Positions 9,422 to 20,235 of a stretch of DNA of 64,000 nucleotides are shown one piece after another (positions within the stretch are counted from its first letter, which is position 1; each line of letters begins with the position of its first letter). Location: positions 25,778 through 89,777 of the forward strand of contig JAFXZJ010000055.1 of assembly GCA_017541305.1 (NCBI GenBank). The letters run 5' to 3'. The notes beneath the pieces were generated by a model. That model had not been told where the DNA came from. It saw only the letters and a list, made by a program, of their open reading frames with translations, and made no database searches. This DNA is from Clostridia bacterium (GTDB lineage: Bacteria; Bacillota; Clostridia; Christensenellales; CAG-138). The position numbers were made by a program, and so were the translations under genes.

Positions 9422-11384
9422 GATCTGCGTATTCGCCGGCACAACCGAAGGCCGCAGGCTCGTCGAATTCTTAAAGGAACAGCAGGCCGAAATAACCGCC
9501 TGCACCGCCACCGAGTACGGCGGCGAGCTCATAGAGCCGTCTGAAACGCTCAAGGTGCTGGCCGGGCGCATGGACGAGCCGCACATGGAGGAGCTTTTCG
9601 GCGCGGAGCGCTTCGAGCTCGTTATCGACGCGACTCATCCATACGCCTCCGCGGTCACGGAAAACCTCATGCAGGCCTGCCTCAATACGGGCACCGAGTA
9701 TCTGCGCCTTGAGCGCGGCGGCATAAGCTCGCCCCAAAGCGCGGTCTGCGTTCCCGATACCGCGGGCGCCGTCGAATATCTTAACGGTACCGTCGGAAAC
9801 ATACTTCTCACCACCGGCTCGAAGGAGCTCTGCGATTTTTCGGCGATAGAGGATTTTGCCGAGCGCGCCTTTGCCCGCGTACTGCCCGTTGAAAGCTCGA
9901 TCGCCGCCTGCCGTGACGCGGGCCTCAAGCCCGCGCACATACTCGCCATGCAGGGGCCGTTCTCGGTAGGGATGAACGCCGCTATGATAAAGTCCGTCAA
10001 CGCCGCCTACGTCGTCACAAAGGAATCGGGCAAGGCGGGCGGCTTCGAGGAGAAGGCGCTTGCCGCGATGAAGGCGGGAGCGAAGCTGGTAGTCATAGGC
10101 CGTCCGGAAAGCGGCGCGCTTGGCGTCTCCTTCGGCGAAACGCTTGATCTGCTTGAAAAGCGCTTTGGCTTCACCGCAAAGCCCGCGGTATCCGTGGTCG
10201 GCATTGGCCCCGGCCCGCGTCAGGGCATGACGATAGCCGCGTCCGAGGCGGTATCCTCGGCCGAATGTCTCATCGGCGCAAAGCGCATGCTCGATACCGC
10301 CCGCCCCGACCAGACGGTGTTCGAAGCGGTCTCCCCCGATGCGATAGCCGATTTCATCAAGGAACATAAGGATTTTTCACGCTTTGCCGTGCTCATGAGC
10401 GGCGACGTCGGCTTTTACAGCGGAGCAAAAAAGCTCCTGCCCAAGCTTGATTTCTGCCGGGTGGACGTCATACCCGGCGTAAGCTCGCTTTCATATCTTT
10501 GCTCCCGTATCGGCGCTTCCTACGAGGATACGGTCAGCGTCAGCCTGCACGGACGCGACGCGGGCATAGTGCCCGCCGTTCGCCGCAGCCGCAGTGTGTT
10601 CGTGCTTGTCGGCGGCGAAAACGGCGCTGGCAGGCTGCTTTGCGAGCTTAACGAAGCCGGCCTCGGCAGCGTCGGCGCCGCAGTCGGCGAAAGACTCGGT
10701 TACGCCGACGAACGCGTCACCCGCGGCGCCGTAAGCGAGCTTGCCGGCAAAAGCTTCGACCCGCTCTCCGCGCTTTTGATCGAAAATCCCGAGCCGGAAA
10801 GCGCGGCCGCAGGACTCCCCGACGAGGCGTTTTTAAGGAATCCTGCCGATAAACCAGTCGTGCCCATGACCAAATCCGAGGTGCGCGCGGTCGTGATGAG
10901 CAAGCTGCGGCTGACGCCCGATTCCGTTTGCTGGGATATCGGCGCGGGCACCGGCTCCGTCACGGCGGAAGCGGCGCTTGCCGCTTATAACGGCAGGGTG
11001 TGCGCGATAGAAAAAAAGCCCGAAGCCGCCGAGCTCCTGAAGGAGAACATTTCAAGGTTCGGCCTCAAAAACGTCGATATCATCGAAGGCTCCGCGCCCG
11101 AGGCCTGCCTTTCGCTGCCCTCGCCCACGCACGCTTTCATAGGCGGCAGCTCCGGCAATATGCGCGGGCTTATATCGCTCTTGCTTGATAAAAACCCGCA
11201 TTGCCGCATCGTTGCCGCGGCGATCTCCCTCGAGACCGTCTCCGAGCTGGGCGCGATAATGAAGGAGGGCGCCTTCACGCAGGCCGAAGCCGTCTGCCTC
11301 AACGTCTCAAAGAGCCGCGCTGCGGGCGGCTATAACCTCATGACCGCTCAGAACCCGGTCTATATCTTCACTCTTCAAGCCTGA
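9414..11384 (+). CDS. Trifunctional fusion of CbiJ (precorrin-6x reductase), CbiE and CbiT (precorrin-6Y methyltransferase/decarboxylase)
   Basis: N-terminal segment MFKICVFAGTTEGRRL is CbiJ/CobK-like. Middle segment VSVVGIGPGPRQGMTIAASEA is a CbiE methylase. C-terminal segment KSEVRAVVMSKLRL...DIGAGTGSVTAEAA is a CbiT SAM-methyltransferase. Confidence 0.75.
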   Translation: MFKICVFAGTTEGRRLVEFLKEQQAEITACTATEYGGELIEPSETLKVLAGRMDEPHMEELFGAERFELVIDATHPYASAVTENLMQACLNTGTEYLRLERGGISSPQSAVCVPDTAGAVEYLNGTVGNILLTTGSKELCDFSAIEDFAERAFARVLPVESSIAACRDAGLKPAHILAMQGPFSVGMNAAMIKSVNAAYVVTKESGKAGGFEEKALAAMKAGAKLVVIGRPESGALGVSFGETLDLLEKRFGFTAKPAVSVVGIGPGPRQGMTIAASEAVSSAECLIGAKRMLDTARPDQTVFEAVSPDAIADFIKEHKDFSRFAVLMSGDVGFYSGAKKLLPKLDFCRVDVIPGVSSLSYLCSRIGASYEDTVSVSLHGRDAGIVPAVRRSRSVFVLVGGENGAGRLLCELNEAGLGSVGAAVGERLGYADERVTRGAVSELAGKSFDPLSALLIENPEPESAAAGLPDEAFLRNPADKPVVPMTKSEVRAVVMSKLRLTPDSVCWDIGAGTGSVTAEAALAAYNGRVCAIEKKPEAAELLKENISRFGLKNVDIIEGSAPEACLSLPSPTHAFIGGSSGNMRGLISLLLDKNPHCRIVAAAISLETVSELGAIMKEGAFTQAEAVCLNVSKSRAAGGYNLMTAQNPVYIFTLQA

Positions 11385-12367
11385 TGTTCGGTATTTGGTC
11401 ACTGTATGCGCTCCTTGCTGGAGCGCTCATAGACGTTTTGACGGGCGACCCGCATTGGCTCCCGCATCCCGTGATGCTGATGGGGAAGCTCATTTCGCTT
11501 CTCGAAAAGCTGCTGCGCCGCGTCTTCCCGAAGACCGCGCGCGGCGAAAACCTTGCGGGAGGCGTGCTGTGGACGATCATGGCGGGGGTCTCCTTCCTCG
11601 TGCCCGCGGCGCTGCTGATGCTGTGTTATCACTTTTCCCATTGGCTCGGATTCGGCGTCGAAAGCATAATGTGCTGGCAGTGCCTGGCGGCGCGTTCGCT
11701 TTATACCGAGAGCATGAAGGTGAAAAAAGCCCTCGATTCCGGGGATATTTCCGCTTCGCGCCGCGCCGTTTCCATGATAGTGGGCCGCGATACGGCCCTG
11801 CTTGACGAGAAGGCGGTCGCCCGCGCGGCGGTCGAGACCGTGGCGGAGAACACCTCCGACGGCGTGATCGCCCCGCTCATATTCCTTGCGATAGGCGGCG
11901 GGCCCCTCGGCTTTTTCTACAAGGCCGTGAACACGATGGATTCCATGCTCGGCTATATCGAGCCGCCCTATAAGCACGTCGGCCTTGTGCCCGCAAAGCT
12001 CGACGACGTTTTCAATTTCATACCGGCAAGGCTTTCCGCCCTCATAATGCTTGTCGGCGGCGGGCTGCTCGGCTTCAGCATCAAAAACGGTTGGCGCATA
12101 TTCCGGCGCGACCGTTATAAGCACGCAAGCCCCAATTCCGCGCAGACGGAATCCGTTATGGCGGGCCTGCTGGGTCTGCGCCTTGCGGGCGACGCTTACT
12201 ACCACGGCGTGCTTCACAAAAAGGATTTCATAGGCGATCCCCTGCGGGAGATCGAGAACGGGGATATCGCCCGTTCCAACCGCGTTATGTTTATGACGGC
12301 GGCGCTTTCGCTCCTGCTTTTCGGGGGGCTGCGCCTTGCCGCATTGGTTATCATCCATGCTTTATAA
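11384..12367 (+). CDS. cbiB: Adenosylcobinamide-phosphate synthase
   Basis: Membrane CobD/CbiB family: ...LTGDPHWLPHPVMLMGKLIS... Confidence 0.85.
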   Translation: MFGIWSLYALLAGALIDVLTGDPHWLPHPVMLMGKLISLLEKLLRRVFPKTARGENLAGGVLWTIMAGVSFLVPAALLMLCYHFSHWLGFGVESIMCWQCLAARSLYTESMKVKKALDSGDISASRRAVSMIVGRDTALLDEKAVARAAVETVAENTSDGVIAPLIFLAIGGGPLGFFYKAVNTMDSMLGYIEPPYKHVGLVPAKLDDVFNFIPARLSALIMLVGGGLLGFSIKNGWRIFRRDRYKHASPNSAQTESVMAGLLGLRLAGDAYYHGVLHKKDFIGDPLREIENGDIARSNRVMFMTAALSLLLFGGLRLAALVIIHAL

Positions 12368-13394
12368 AACAAAAAATCCCCACGGCGGGGATATTTACGA
12401 AGGAAATATCGAGCTTGATTTTTCCGCCAACACCAACCCCTTCGGCACGCCCGAGGGCGTGAAGTCGGCGGTCCTTTCAAGCCTCGGCGCCCTCTCCGCA
12501 TATCCCGATCCATATTGCCGCGGTCTCGTTTCGGCGATAGCGGAGCACGAAAACGTTCCCAAGGAATACGTCCTTTGCGGCGCGGGAGCGGCGGAGCTGA
12601 TCTATTCGTTCGCTTTCGCGGAAAATCCCGGGAAGGCGATCGAGCTTGCCCCGACTTTTGCCGAATACTGTCTGCCGCTTAAGGGCGCGCAAATAAAAAG
12701 GTTCCGGCTCAAGGAGGAAAACGACTTTCGCCCGAACGCGGAGCTCGTCGATTTCATCGGTGAGACCGAGCCCGACGCCGTGTTCCTGTGCAATCCCAAC
12801 AACCCGACGGGGCAAATGGCCGATCCCGCGCTTATCGAAGCCGCCGCAGAAAAATGCCGCGCCATCGGCTGCCGTCTCTTCCTTGACGAATGCTTTATGG
12901 ATCTTGCCGACGCGCCGTCAAGCTTTGTGCCGCGCCTTGCGGAATTCACGAACGTATTGGTGCTCAAGGCCTTCACCAAGGGCTTCGGCATGGCGGGGCT
13001 GCGCCTCGGTTACTGCCTGAGCGCGGATGAAGCCCTGCTCGGCCGCATGTCACGCGCCGTTCAGCCGTGGAACGTATCGATCCCGGCGCAGGCGGCGGGC
13101 ACGGCCGCCCTGAAAGAAACCGCCTTTCTTGAAAGAACGCGCGCGCTTATAAAAGCGGAGCGCCCGCGGATAGCCGAAAAGCTCAAAAAGCTCGGCATCG
13201 CGGTTTTCGGTTCCGACGTGAATTTCCTGCTTATAAAGGCCCCGCCCGAACTCGGCGAAAGGCTTCTTCAAAGGGGCATAAGGATAAGGGACTGCTCGAA
13301 TTTTCACGGCCTTGCAGAAGGCTTTTACCGCATAGCCGTGAAGCTTCCCGAAGAAAACGACCGACTGATCTCGGCGATCAAGGAGACGCTATGA
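12357..13394 (+). CDS. cobD: L-threonine-O-3-phosphate decarboxylase (class I/II aminotransferase family)
   Basis: [14 protein letters not shown]... with an aminotransferase fold. ATG at 12357 is more plausible than the track start at 12336. Confidence 0.8.
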   Translation: MLYKTKNPHGGDIYEGNIELDFSANTNPFGTPEGVKSAVLSSLGALSAYPDPYCRGLVSAIAEHENVPKEYVLCGAGAAELIYSFAFAENPGKAIELAPTFAEYCLPLKGAQIKRFRLKEENDFRPNAELVDFIGETEPDAVFLCNPNNPTGQMADPALIEAAAEKCRAIGCRLFLDECFMDLADAPSSFVPRLAEFTNVLVLKAFTKGFGMAGLRLGYCLSADEALLGRMSRAVQPWNVSIPAQAAGTAALKETAFLERTRALIKAERPRIAEKLKKLGIAVFGSDVNFLLIKAPPELGERLLQRGIRIRDCSNFHGLAEGFYRIAVKLPEENDRLISAIKETL

Positions 13395-14851
13395 AAGCCA
13401 GAAACATTATGATACAGGGCACCATGTCCAACGCGGGCAAAAGCCTGCTCTGCGCGGGGCTCTGCCGCATCTTCAAGCAGGACGGCCTGCGCGCCGCGCC
13501 CTTCAAGAGCCAGAATATGGCCCTTAACTCCTTTATCACAAAGGACGGCTTCGAGATGGGCCGCGCTCAGGTCGTGCAGGCCGAGGCGGCGGGAAAGGAG
13601 CCCGACGTGCGCATGAACCCGATCCTCCTGAAGCCGACGACGGACGTCGGCAGTCAGGTCATAGTCAACGGAAAGCCCATAGGCAATATGCGCGCCATGG
13701 AATACTATAAACGCAAGCGCGAATTCATCCCCGCGATCATGGAGGCTTACGATTCCCTCGCCGCCGAAAACGACGTCATGGTGATCGAAGGCGCGGGCAG
13801 TCCGGCGGAGATCAACCTGAAGGCCGGCGACATAGTCAATATGGGGCTTGCAAAGCTCGTCGACGCCCCCGTGCTGCTCGTGGGCGATATCGACCGCGGC
13901 GGCGTTTTCGCTCAGCTTTACGGCACGATCGCCCTTTTGGAAGAGGACGAGCGCGCGCGCGTTAAGGGCACCGTGGTCAACAAATTCCGCGGCGACAGAA
14001 AGATATTGGAGCCCGGGCTCGAGATACTCGAGCGCCTGTGCGGAGTGCCCGTTGCGGGCGTCATCCCCTATATCCGCGTCGATATCGACGACGAGGACAG
14101 CCTTTCCGAGCGCTTCACAAGGACGGGCGCCGCAAAGCTCGTCGACGTCGCCGTGATAAAGCTTCCGCGCATATCGAATTTCACCGATCTCGCACCCTTT
14201 GAGCGCTTCGAAAACGTTTCGGTGCGCTATATCGAGCGCCCGGCCGAGCTCGGTGAGCCCGATCTGATCGTGATCCCCGGCACCAAGAGCACCGTATCCG
14301 ATCTCGTCTGGCTTAGGGAGAGCGGCCTTGAAGCCCGGATAAAGCAGGCCGTGTCGCGCGGGACGCCCGTTTTCGGCGTCTGCGGCGGTTATCAGATGCT
14401 CGGCAGAAGCGTGAAGGATCCCGAAGGGGTCGAGGCCTCCGGCAGGACCGAGATCGCCGGCATGGGGCTTCTGCCGATCGAAACCGTATTCGAGGGCGAG
14501 AAGGTCCGGCGCCAGACGCGCGGCGTTTTTTCGGATATCCCCGGCATTTTCGCTTCACTGAACGGTCTTGCCTACGAGGGCTACGAGATCCATATGGGCA
14601 GAAGCGGGCAACTCCCGCCCGTCGTCTGCTGCGGCGGCGTTTACGGCAGTTATATCCACGGCATATTCGACGCCGCCGGTATTGCCGAAGCGATGCTTCG
14701 CGCGCTCTGCGAAAAGAAAAACGTCCCGTTTGATTCCCTCGGCTCATTCGACCCCAAGGCGCATAAGCAGGCCCAGTACGATAAGCTCGCCGCCGCCGTG
14801 CGCGAAGGGCTCGATATGGAGCTGGTGTATCGTATCCTCGGCCTCGGTTGA
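13391..14851 (+). CDS. cobQ: Cobyric acid synthase
   Basis: CobQ/CbiP N-terminal DTB-synthetase-like domain plus C-terminal GATase domain ([10 protein letters not shown]). Confidence 0.85.
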   Translation: MKARNIMIQGTMSNAGKSLLCAGLCRIFKQDGLRAAPFKSQNMALNSFITKDGFEMGRAQVVQAEAAGKEPDVRMNPILLKPTTDVGSQVIVNGKPIGNMRAMEYYKRKREFIPAIMEAYDSLAAENDVMVIEGAGSPAEINLKAGDIVNMGLAKLVDAPVLLVGDIDRGGVFAQLYGTIALLEEDERARVKGTVVNKFRGDRKILEPGLEILERLCGVPVAGVIPYIRVDIDDEDSLSERFTRTGAAKLVDVAVIKLPRISNFTDLAPFERFENVSVRYIERPAELGEPDLIVIPGTKSTVSDLVWLRESGLEARIKQAVSRGTPVFGVCGGYQMLGRSVKDPEGVEASGRTEIAGMGLLPIETVFEGEKVRRQTRGVFSDIPGIFASLNGLAYEGYEIHMGRSGQLPPVVCCGGVYGSYIHGIFDAAGIAEAMLRALCEKKNVPFDSLGSFDPKAHKQAQYDKLAAAVREGLDMELVYRILGLG

Positions 14852-15075
14852 CTTTGCGCCCCTGCCGCAGCCGATGCGCCATTATCCGCTGCGCTTCGCC
14901 GGATATAATATTGAAATCTCAATCAAAACCGCGTATAATTAAGGCGTATCGATCCGCCGCCCATATCGGCGTACTGCCCGATGCGGGCGGCGGTAATTTA
15001 CCCGACCGGTTTTTAGCAAGCCGGGGACCCGAAGGCGCAGGGCTTCCTGCGGCGCGATAAGCGCAGGTAACGATC

Positions 15076-16689
15076 ATGGAAAAGATTTTTGTAACCGGGC
15101 ACCGCAATCCGGATACCGATTCGATCGTATCCGCAATGAGCTATGCGGCGCTTCGCAACGCTCTGGGCGAGCGGAACTGCGTTGCGGTGCGTCTCGGGCC
15201 GCTGAACGACGAATCAAAGCGCATACTCGACCGATTCGGCTTCGAGCCCCCGGTCTTCGTTAAGGATATGCGCATCCAGGTCAAGGATCTGGATTACGAC
15301 ACCCCGCCGGCGCTCAGCGCCGCGCTGACCGTCAACCGCGGCTGGAAGGTGCTCCGCAGCGACTCGAGCATCACAGCGATCCCCGTCACCAACGAGGAAG
15401 GCAAGCTGTTGGGCATGCTCACCGCGGGCGACGTGGCAAGCTATGATATCGAAACGATCGAGGATCCCACCGTTCGTGATATCCCTCTTTTCAACATACT
15501 CTCCGCGCTCGAGGGGCGCCTTCAGAACGATGACGCCGCCATTGAAAGCATATCGGGCGAGGTGGTCATAGGCGTGCCCAACGGCATGGATCGGGGGCTT
15601 TTCGGTCACGAAAATTACATTGCCGTCTGCGGCGATCAGCCGGACGTCATACGATCGGCGCTGGAGGCCAACATCCATTGCCTCATACTCTGCGAGACCG
15701 AGCTTTCGCCCGAGCTTCGCAGCATCCCGACCCGCACCTGCATCATCACCACCCCTTATTCCGCTTACCGCGCGGCAAGGCTCATATTCCAGGCTATCCC
15801 CATCGAGCGCATATGCCAGACTTCGGATCTGGTCACCTTCCGGCTCGATGACTATCTTGACGACGTGCGCGAGGTCGTATCCAAGACCCGCTATCGCTGT
15901 TATCCGATACTCGATCCGGATGACAGGGTCGTCGGCACCCTTTCGCGCTATCACATGCTCAAGCCGCGCCGCAAGAAGGTGGTGCTCGTCGATCACAACG
16001 AGGCCGCGCAGTCGGTCACGGGGCTCGATCAGGTAGAACTGCTCGGCATCATCGACCATCACCGCATCGCTGATATCCAGACGGCGAACCCGATATTCTT
16101 CCGCAACGAGATAATAGGCAGCACCACCACTATCGTCGCCGAGATGTATCAGGAAAAGGGCCTGATGCCCTCCGCCAAGATGGCGGGGCTCATGTGCGCC
16201 GCGATCATTTCGGACACGGTGATATTCAAATCGCCCACCGCCACCCCGCGCGACAGGGTGATAGCCGAGCGGCTTGCGCGCGTTGCGGGGCTCGATCTCG
16301 ACGAGCTTGGGCGCTTCATATTCACGTCCTCGCAGGGCGATGACAAGACCTGCCGCGAACTGATGTACAATGATTTCAAGGAATTCCACATCGCGGGGCA
16401 TTTCCTGGGCGTAAGCCAGATCACCTGCATGGATTCCGTCACCATGCTCGACCGCAAGGACGAATTCCTTGCCGAGATGAAAAAAGCCACGGCCGAAAAG
16501 CGCTATGACATAATGCTGCTTATGCTGACGGACGTGCTGCTCGAAGGCACCCAGATCATATTCCTGGGCAATGCCGACGATATCGCGCAGGCCTTCGGCG
16601 TAGAGCCCCGAGATTCCACCTTCTTCCTGCCGGGGGTCATGAGCCGCAAAAAGCAGGTCATCCCGATGCTCTCGGCCATGTGGGGATGA
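15076..16689 (+). CDS. CBS-domain family II (DHH-DHHA2) Mn-dependent inorganic pyrophosphatase
   Basis: DHH motifs GHRNPDTDSI and DHN, CBS pair in the middle, DHHA2 C-terminus. Confidence 0.8.
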   Translation: MEKIFVTGHRNPDTDSIVSAMSYAALRNALGERNCVAVRLGPLNDESKRILDRFGFEPPVFVKDMRIQVKDLDYDTPPALSAALTVNRGWKVLRSDSSITAIPVTNEEGKLLGMLTAGDVASYDIETIEDPTVRDIPLFNILSALEGRLQNDDAAIESISGEVVIGVPNGMDRGLFGHENYIAVCGDQPDVIRSALEANIHCLILCETELSPELRSIPTRTCIITTPYSAYRAARLIFQAIPIERICQTSDLVTFRLDDYLDDVREVVSKTRYRCYPILDPDDRVVGTLSRYHMLKPRRKKVVLVDHNEAAQSVTGLDQVELLGIIDHHRIADIQTANPIFFRNEIIGSTTTIVAEMYQEKGLMPSAKMAGLMCAAIISDTVIFKSPTATPRDRVIAERLARVAGLDLDELGRFIFTSSQGDDKTCRELMYNDFKEFHIAGHFLGVSQITCMDSVTMLDRKDEFLAEMKKATAEKRYDIMLLMLTDVLLEGTQIIFLGNADDIAQAFGVEPRDSTFFLPGVMSRKKQVIPMLSAMWG

Positions 16690-16732
16690 TCCGGCGAAAG
16701 CAGTCCTTTGCGCCGCGGCAGTGAGGAGAAAT

Positions 16733-17527
16733 ATGATCTGCGAGCTTAAAGACGTTTCCAGGGCCGAATGGCTTTTCAGCGGGATCGAGGATTCGATCGT
16801 CCGCTCCTGCCTTGCGGGGATGATGGGCGGTAAGATCTACGTGACCGACGCCGAAAAGCCGAAGTCGGCCGCCGCATTTCTTGCCTGCTTCGTTTTTTAC
16901 GTTGGCGAACCCTCAAGGGAGCTTGTCATGGCAAAGCCCCGGGGGCTCGTCTGCATGGTGCCGCAGAACGCGGAATGGGAAAAGCTGATAACCGAATGCC
17001 ACCCTTGCGCGGGCAGGGACACGCGATATGCGATCAGAAAGGATACGCGCTTTCAAAGGGACAGGCTCCGTGCCATCGCCGCCTCGCTTCCCGAAGGTTA
17101 TGAGTTCCGCCGCATCGACGCCGAGCTCTATGACGCCTGCCTCGGCGCCGAGCTTTTCACCGACTGCGTATGCCATTTCTCATCCGTTGAAGAATATTTG
17201 AGCCTGGGCCGGGGGTATGCCGTCATCAAGGAAGGGCGCATCGTTTCCGCCGCCTCTTCCTACACCGTGTTCCCCGGCGGGATCGAGGTCGAGATCGATA
17301 CCGTGCCGGAGGAGCGCCGAAAGGGCCTTGCCTCGGCCGTCGGCGCAAAGCTCATACTCTCCTGCCTGGATGACGGACTGTACCCCAGCTGGGATGCGGC
17401 GAATATGGATTCGGTGCGCCTGGCTCAAAGGCTGGGCTATGAATTAGACCGCGAATACACCTGCTGGTGGCTTGACGGATCCTCCGATCAGCCGATAAAG
17501 GATCCCGATAGACCGATCCTTCCTTAG
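16733..17527 (+). CDS. GNAT-family acetyltransferase-like protein
   Basis: C-terminal acetyl-CoA-binding-like region IEVEIDTVPEERRKGLASAVGAKL. GAGGAG RBS precedes ATG at 16733. Confidence 0.6.
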   Translation: MICELKDVSRAEWLFSGIEDSIVRSCLAGMMGGKIYVTDAEKPKSAAAFLACFVFYVGEPSRELVMAKPRGLVCMVPQNAEWEKLITECHPCAGRDTRYAIRKDTRFQRDRLRAIAASLPEGYEFRRIDAELYDACLGAELFTDCVCHFSSVEEYLSLGRGYAVIKEGRIVSAASSYTVFPGGIEVEIDTVPEERRKGLASAVGAKLILSCLDDGLYPSWDAANMDSVRLAQRLGYELDREYTCWWLDGSSDQPIKDPDRPILP

Positions 17528-17607
17528 GCGGCTTTGCGATTTGCGGCGATCCCGCCTGCAAAAAGCCGGCGTGACCGCTCCCATAATATCAAAAACGGCG
17601 CATTTGT

Positions 17608-17638
17608 CGCCCGGCATGCGACCCGGGCGGCTTTTTTT
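17608..17638 (+). terminator. Intrinsic terminator
   Basis: CGCCCGG-loop-CCGGGCG stem followed by GCTTTTTTT. Confidence 0.6.
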
Positions 17639-17682
17639 CGTGCTATAATATGCCTGTAAAACAAATCAAGGAGGTAAGACTT

Positions 17683-17862
17683 ATGTTTGGAGCAATTTTG
17701 GGAGATATGATAGGAGCGCCGTATGAATTCGACCGCGGGGATAAAACGAAGGATTTCCCGCTGTTCACTAAGGGCTCGGAATTCACCGACGATACCGTGA
17801 TGACCGTTGCCGTTGCCGAAGCGCTGATGGATGCCATGTGTATGATTATTGTACATTTTTAG
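17683..17862 (+). pseudogene. Truncated duplicate of the ADP-ribosylglycohydrolase 5' end, about 53 codons, with own promoter-like copy
   Basis: Positions 17683-17842 are nearly identical (one mismatch) to 20452-20611. The sequence then diverges into low-GC DNA and stops after MCMIIVHF. Confidence 0.6.
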
Positions 17863-18066
17863 AGCAACTCATCTGTTAACTGCATCCAGCATAGATGATG
17901 CCTATTAAAAGAATGCTGACAAGAACAAAAAGCAGTCCCCACTTTCCATCTTCCTTCCCAAGCATGTAAGCCAAATAAAATAAAGCAATTATCGCCATTA
18001 TTACTCCTTTCAAATAAGAAAAGCTTGCGATTATTCCGCAAGCGTCAATAAAAGCTTATCTATTTT

Positions 18067-19248
18067 TCAATCAATCAGTGTTTTGCGCGGGATATATTCC
18101 TCTACGATCAAGAATCTATTTTTATTAAATTTATATGCCGAAATAAAGTCTTTGTCTTTCTCCCATTTCGCACGCGCCAGTTCGTATTTCTCGTTTTGAT
18201 GTGTGTCGATGAAGAAATCAAGATAGCTTACGATTTCGTAAATCGGCATTATATCCATATCGACCAAATCCTTCAATACCTCGCGTCTTTCATATGTGCT
18301 TTTGTTTGATGCCTGATCCACCGAATACCCAAAGCTCTTTAAAACCGACTCCGCATTCAGTTTATCCCAGCCTCTCAAGCCTCGTCCTGTTTTTCCTGCA
18401 TTGTATATCGGCAATCCCGGATTACCATATTTATAAACAAAATCTCTGTATCTCTTATAATCAACATAACTTTGCTTGGTGGAATTGTTAAATGTTGCGT
18501 TTATTATTTCATATCTTTTTGTAAAAGGAGAGTACAGCAATAAATGTACAAGCTCCTCTTCCGATTCGGTTTTTTGCGTGAAATATCCTCCTCCTTTTTT
18601 GATTATAACCTCATTGATCAATACTCGTGAGAGCTTCTGTGTTTGACTGTCGAATTGCGAAGCCAGCACCTTAAATCTTACGCCTCTGATTTCTCCCTTA
18701 TGGGCCCTGCTTTTATGAAACGCCGCTGTAAGAATCTCCCTTGCGTCTTGTGATTCATAGAAAAGTATGTCTTTGTTTGCTGCTGTGCAATCTTCTTTAT
18801 CCGCAACGATCAGATAGTCATGAATCGTATCCTCGTTCTCCTTAACTCTGATCCCCACAATTGCCGAAGAGATCTTCTTCATTTTCGTATCCAGCTCTTT
18901 TCTTATTCTTTCCCTCTCTTTTTTCTCCGTGTATCTTGGCAGATCCTCGCCATTAAGAGTTATTCCCTTTGATAAATGATTATCTAAAAGCAGCTCTCTG
19001 AGATTCAAGTCATCCTTAACATACAATCTTCCGCAAAGCTCGCACTTCAAGCCTTCGATCCGCTGCATCTTATTCTCTCTTGATCTGATTTTGGTGTACC
19101 CATTTCTGAGAACAATCCCGCAATTGGCGCACTTTTCCATGCTACCCGAATACGTATATATTTTTCTTGGAAGATGATTGTTTTTCAAATAATCCGAAAA
19201 AGTACCCGGGTATTTTCTTGCCCCATCTTCGGTTCGATTCTTTTCCAC
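18067..19248 (-). CDS. Hypothetical 393-aa protein (AT-rich, CxxC...CxxC pairs), foreign origin
   Basis: Long intact ORF in the low-GC insert. Contains CANCG...CELCG zinc-ribbon-like cysteines. No recognisable family. Confidence 0.55.
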   Translation of the reverse strand: MEKNRTEDGARKYPGTFSDYLKNNHLPRKIYTYSGSMEKCANCGIVLRNGYTKIRSRENKMQRIEGLKCELCGRLYVKDDLNLRELLLDNHLSKGITLNGEDLPRYTEKKERERIRKELDTKMKKISSAIVGIRVKENEDTIHDYLIVADKEDCTAANKDILFYESQDAREILTAAFHKSRAHKGEIRGVRFKVLASQFDSQTQKLSRVLINEVIIKKGGGYFTQKTESEEELVHLLLYSPFTKRYEIINATFNNSTKQSYVDYKRYRDFVYKYGNPGLPIYNAGKTGRGLRGWDKLNAESVLKSFGYSVDQASNKSTYERREVLKDLVDMDIMPIYEIVSYLDFFIDTHQNEKYELARAKWEKDKDFISAYKFNKNRFLIVEEYIPRKTLID

Positions 19249-19260
19249 AACTGCCTCCTC

Positions 19261-19470
19261 CTACGCTGCCATTTCCTTGAGTCTTATTATATCATGAACA
19301 AGACGCTTTCTGCAATTCATCGTTCCGGTATATGTCTTTTTCCTTTTCTTTCTGCACTCCGGGCAGCGCTTCGGATCCTTCCAGTCCTTTGAGAGGAACC
19401 TCCTCTGTTCTTTGACATAAAAGACAAATTCTCTGTGGCAATCCTTGCATGTTAAGATCTCATTTTTCAT
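19261..19470 (-). CDS. Small zinc-ribbon protein (69 aa)
   Basis: MKNEILTCKDCHREF...RCPECRKKRKK. Start placed at the ATG immediately after the upstream gene's stop. Confidence 0.4.
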   Translation of the reverse strand: MKNEILTCKDCHREFVFYVKEQRRFLSKDWKDPKRCPECRKKRKKTYTGTMNCRKRLVHDIIRLKEMAA

Positions 19471-19471
19471 T

Positions 19472-19813
19472 TTACGCCTCCCTAAGTATGTCTTTAAAAG
19501 TGATCTCCAACCTGATCGTTCCGTTTGAAAGCGGATATATCTCAAAGCAGGCTGCATCCGAGATAATGCTTTTGAATTCCTCCGCGTCGCTTATGGATAA
19601 GGAATCGCCTTCGATCTGCACAGCTGCCATATTGAACTGCTTTACAAACTCGATCCTGTTGCCGCATCCCCCTCCTTCCCCTGCAAAGAGTTTGAAGGCC
19701 CTGTCTGCTTTGCGAACAAGCTCCGTGCATTTTTCGGGGTCAAGCTCCAGTTCGCTTTCGTCCGGCAGGCCCTTCAACAGATCCATAAGCTCTTCGATTT
19801 GTTTGTACTTGTC
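19472..19813 (-). CDS. Hypothetical 113-aa protein
   Basis: AAAGGAG RBS before ATG at 19813. Translation MDKYKQIEELMDLL.... Operonic with the two downstream genes. Confidence 0.45.
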   Translation of the reverse strand, partial: DKYKQIEELMDLLKGLPDESELELDPEKCTELVRKADRAFKLFAGEGGGCGNRIEFVKQFNMAAVQIEGDSLSISDAEEFKSIISDAACFEIYPLSNGTIRLEITFKDILREA

Positions 19814-19993
19814 CATTTGTAGATCTCCTTTATTGGTTTTGTCCACTCTGCATTTTCCCGGGCTTGTGACCGGTCGGCATAAACCGAGCTGCATTAGACG
19901 GGCGAGGTCGATTCCGTAAGACCTCGCCCTCAAGAGTATGAGGCACCACCAACCTGCCTCACCTCGTGCGCGGGCCGATCATGCCCGCATTGG

Positions 19994-20235
19994 AGCGCGT
20001 CGGAGCCCTGCCCCTCGGGTATTACCGCAAAGGGGTTAAGAAGCCTCCTCGGCGGCGCGTGGGCGCGTCGGGGCCTTGCCCCTCGGGTATTACCGCAAAG
20101 GGGGAGACAAGCCCCTCGGCGGCGCGTGAGCGCGTCGGAGCCTTGCCCCTCGGGTATTACCGCAAAGGGGACTACAAGCCCGCAGGAAGCGGCCTCGGCG
20201 CCTTGCCCCTCGTGTATTACGCAAAAGGGGTACAG
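19994..20235. repeat. Tandem array of four 59-70-bp repeats
   Basis: Unit GCGCGTCGGAGCCYTGCCCCTCGGGTATTACCGCAAAGGGG starts at 19994, 20064, 20130 and 20189 (last copy degenerate). Confidence 0.7.

Noticed and set aside
9471-12358. Long minus-strand ORFs 9471..10367 and 11399..12358
   Set aside because: They are antisense to the cbiJ-E-T fusion and cbiB. They are GC-frame artefacts.
15214-16401. 395-aa minus-strand ORF
   Set aside because: It is antisense to the CBS-DHH pyrophosphatase gene.
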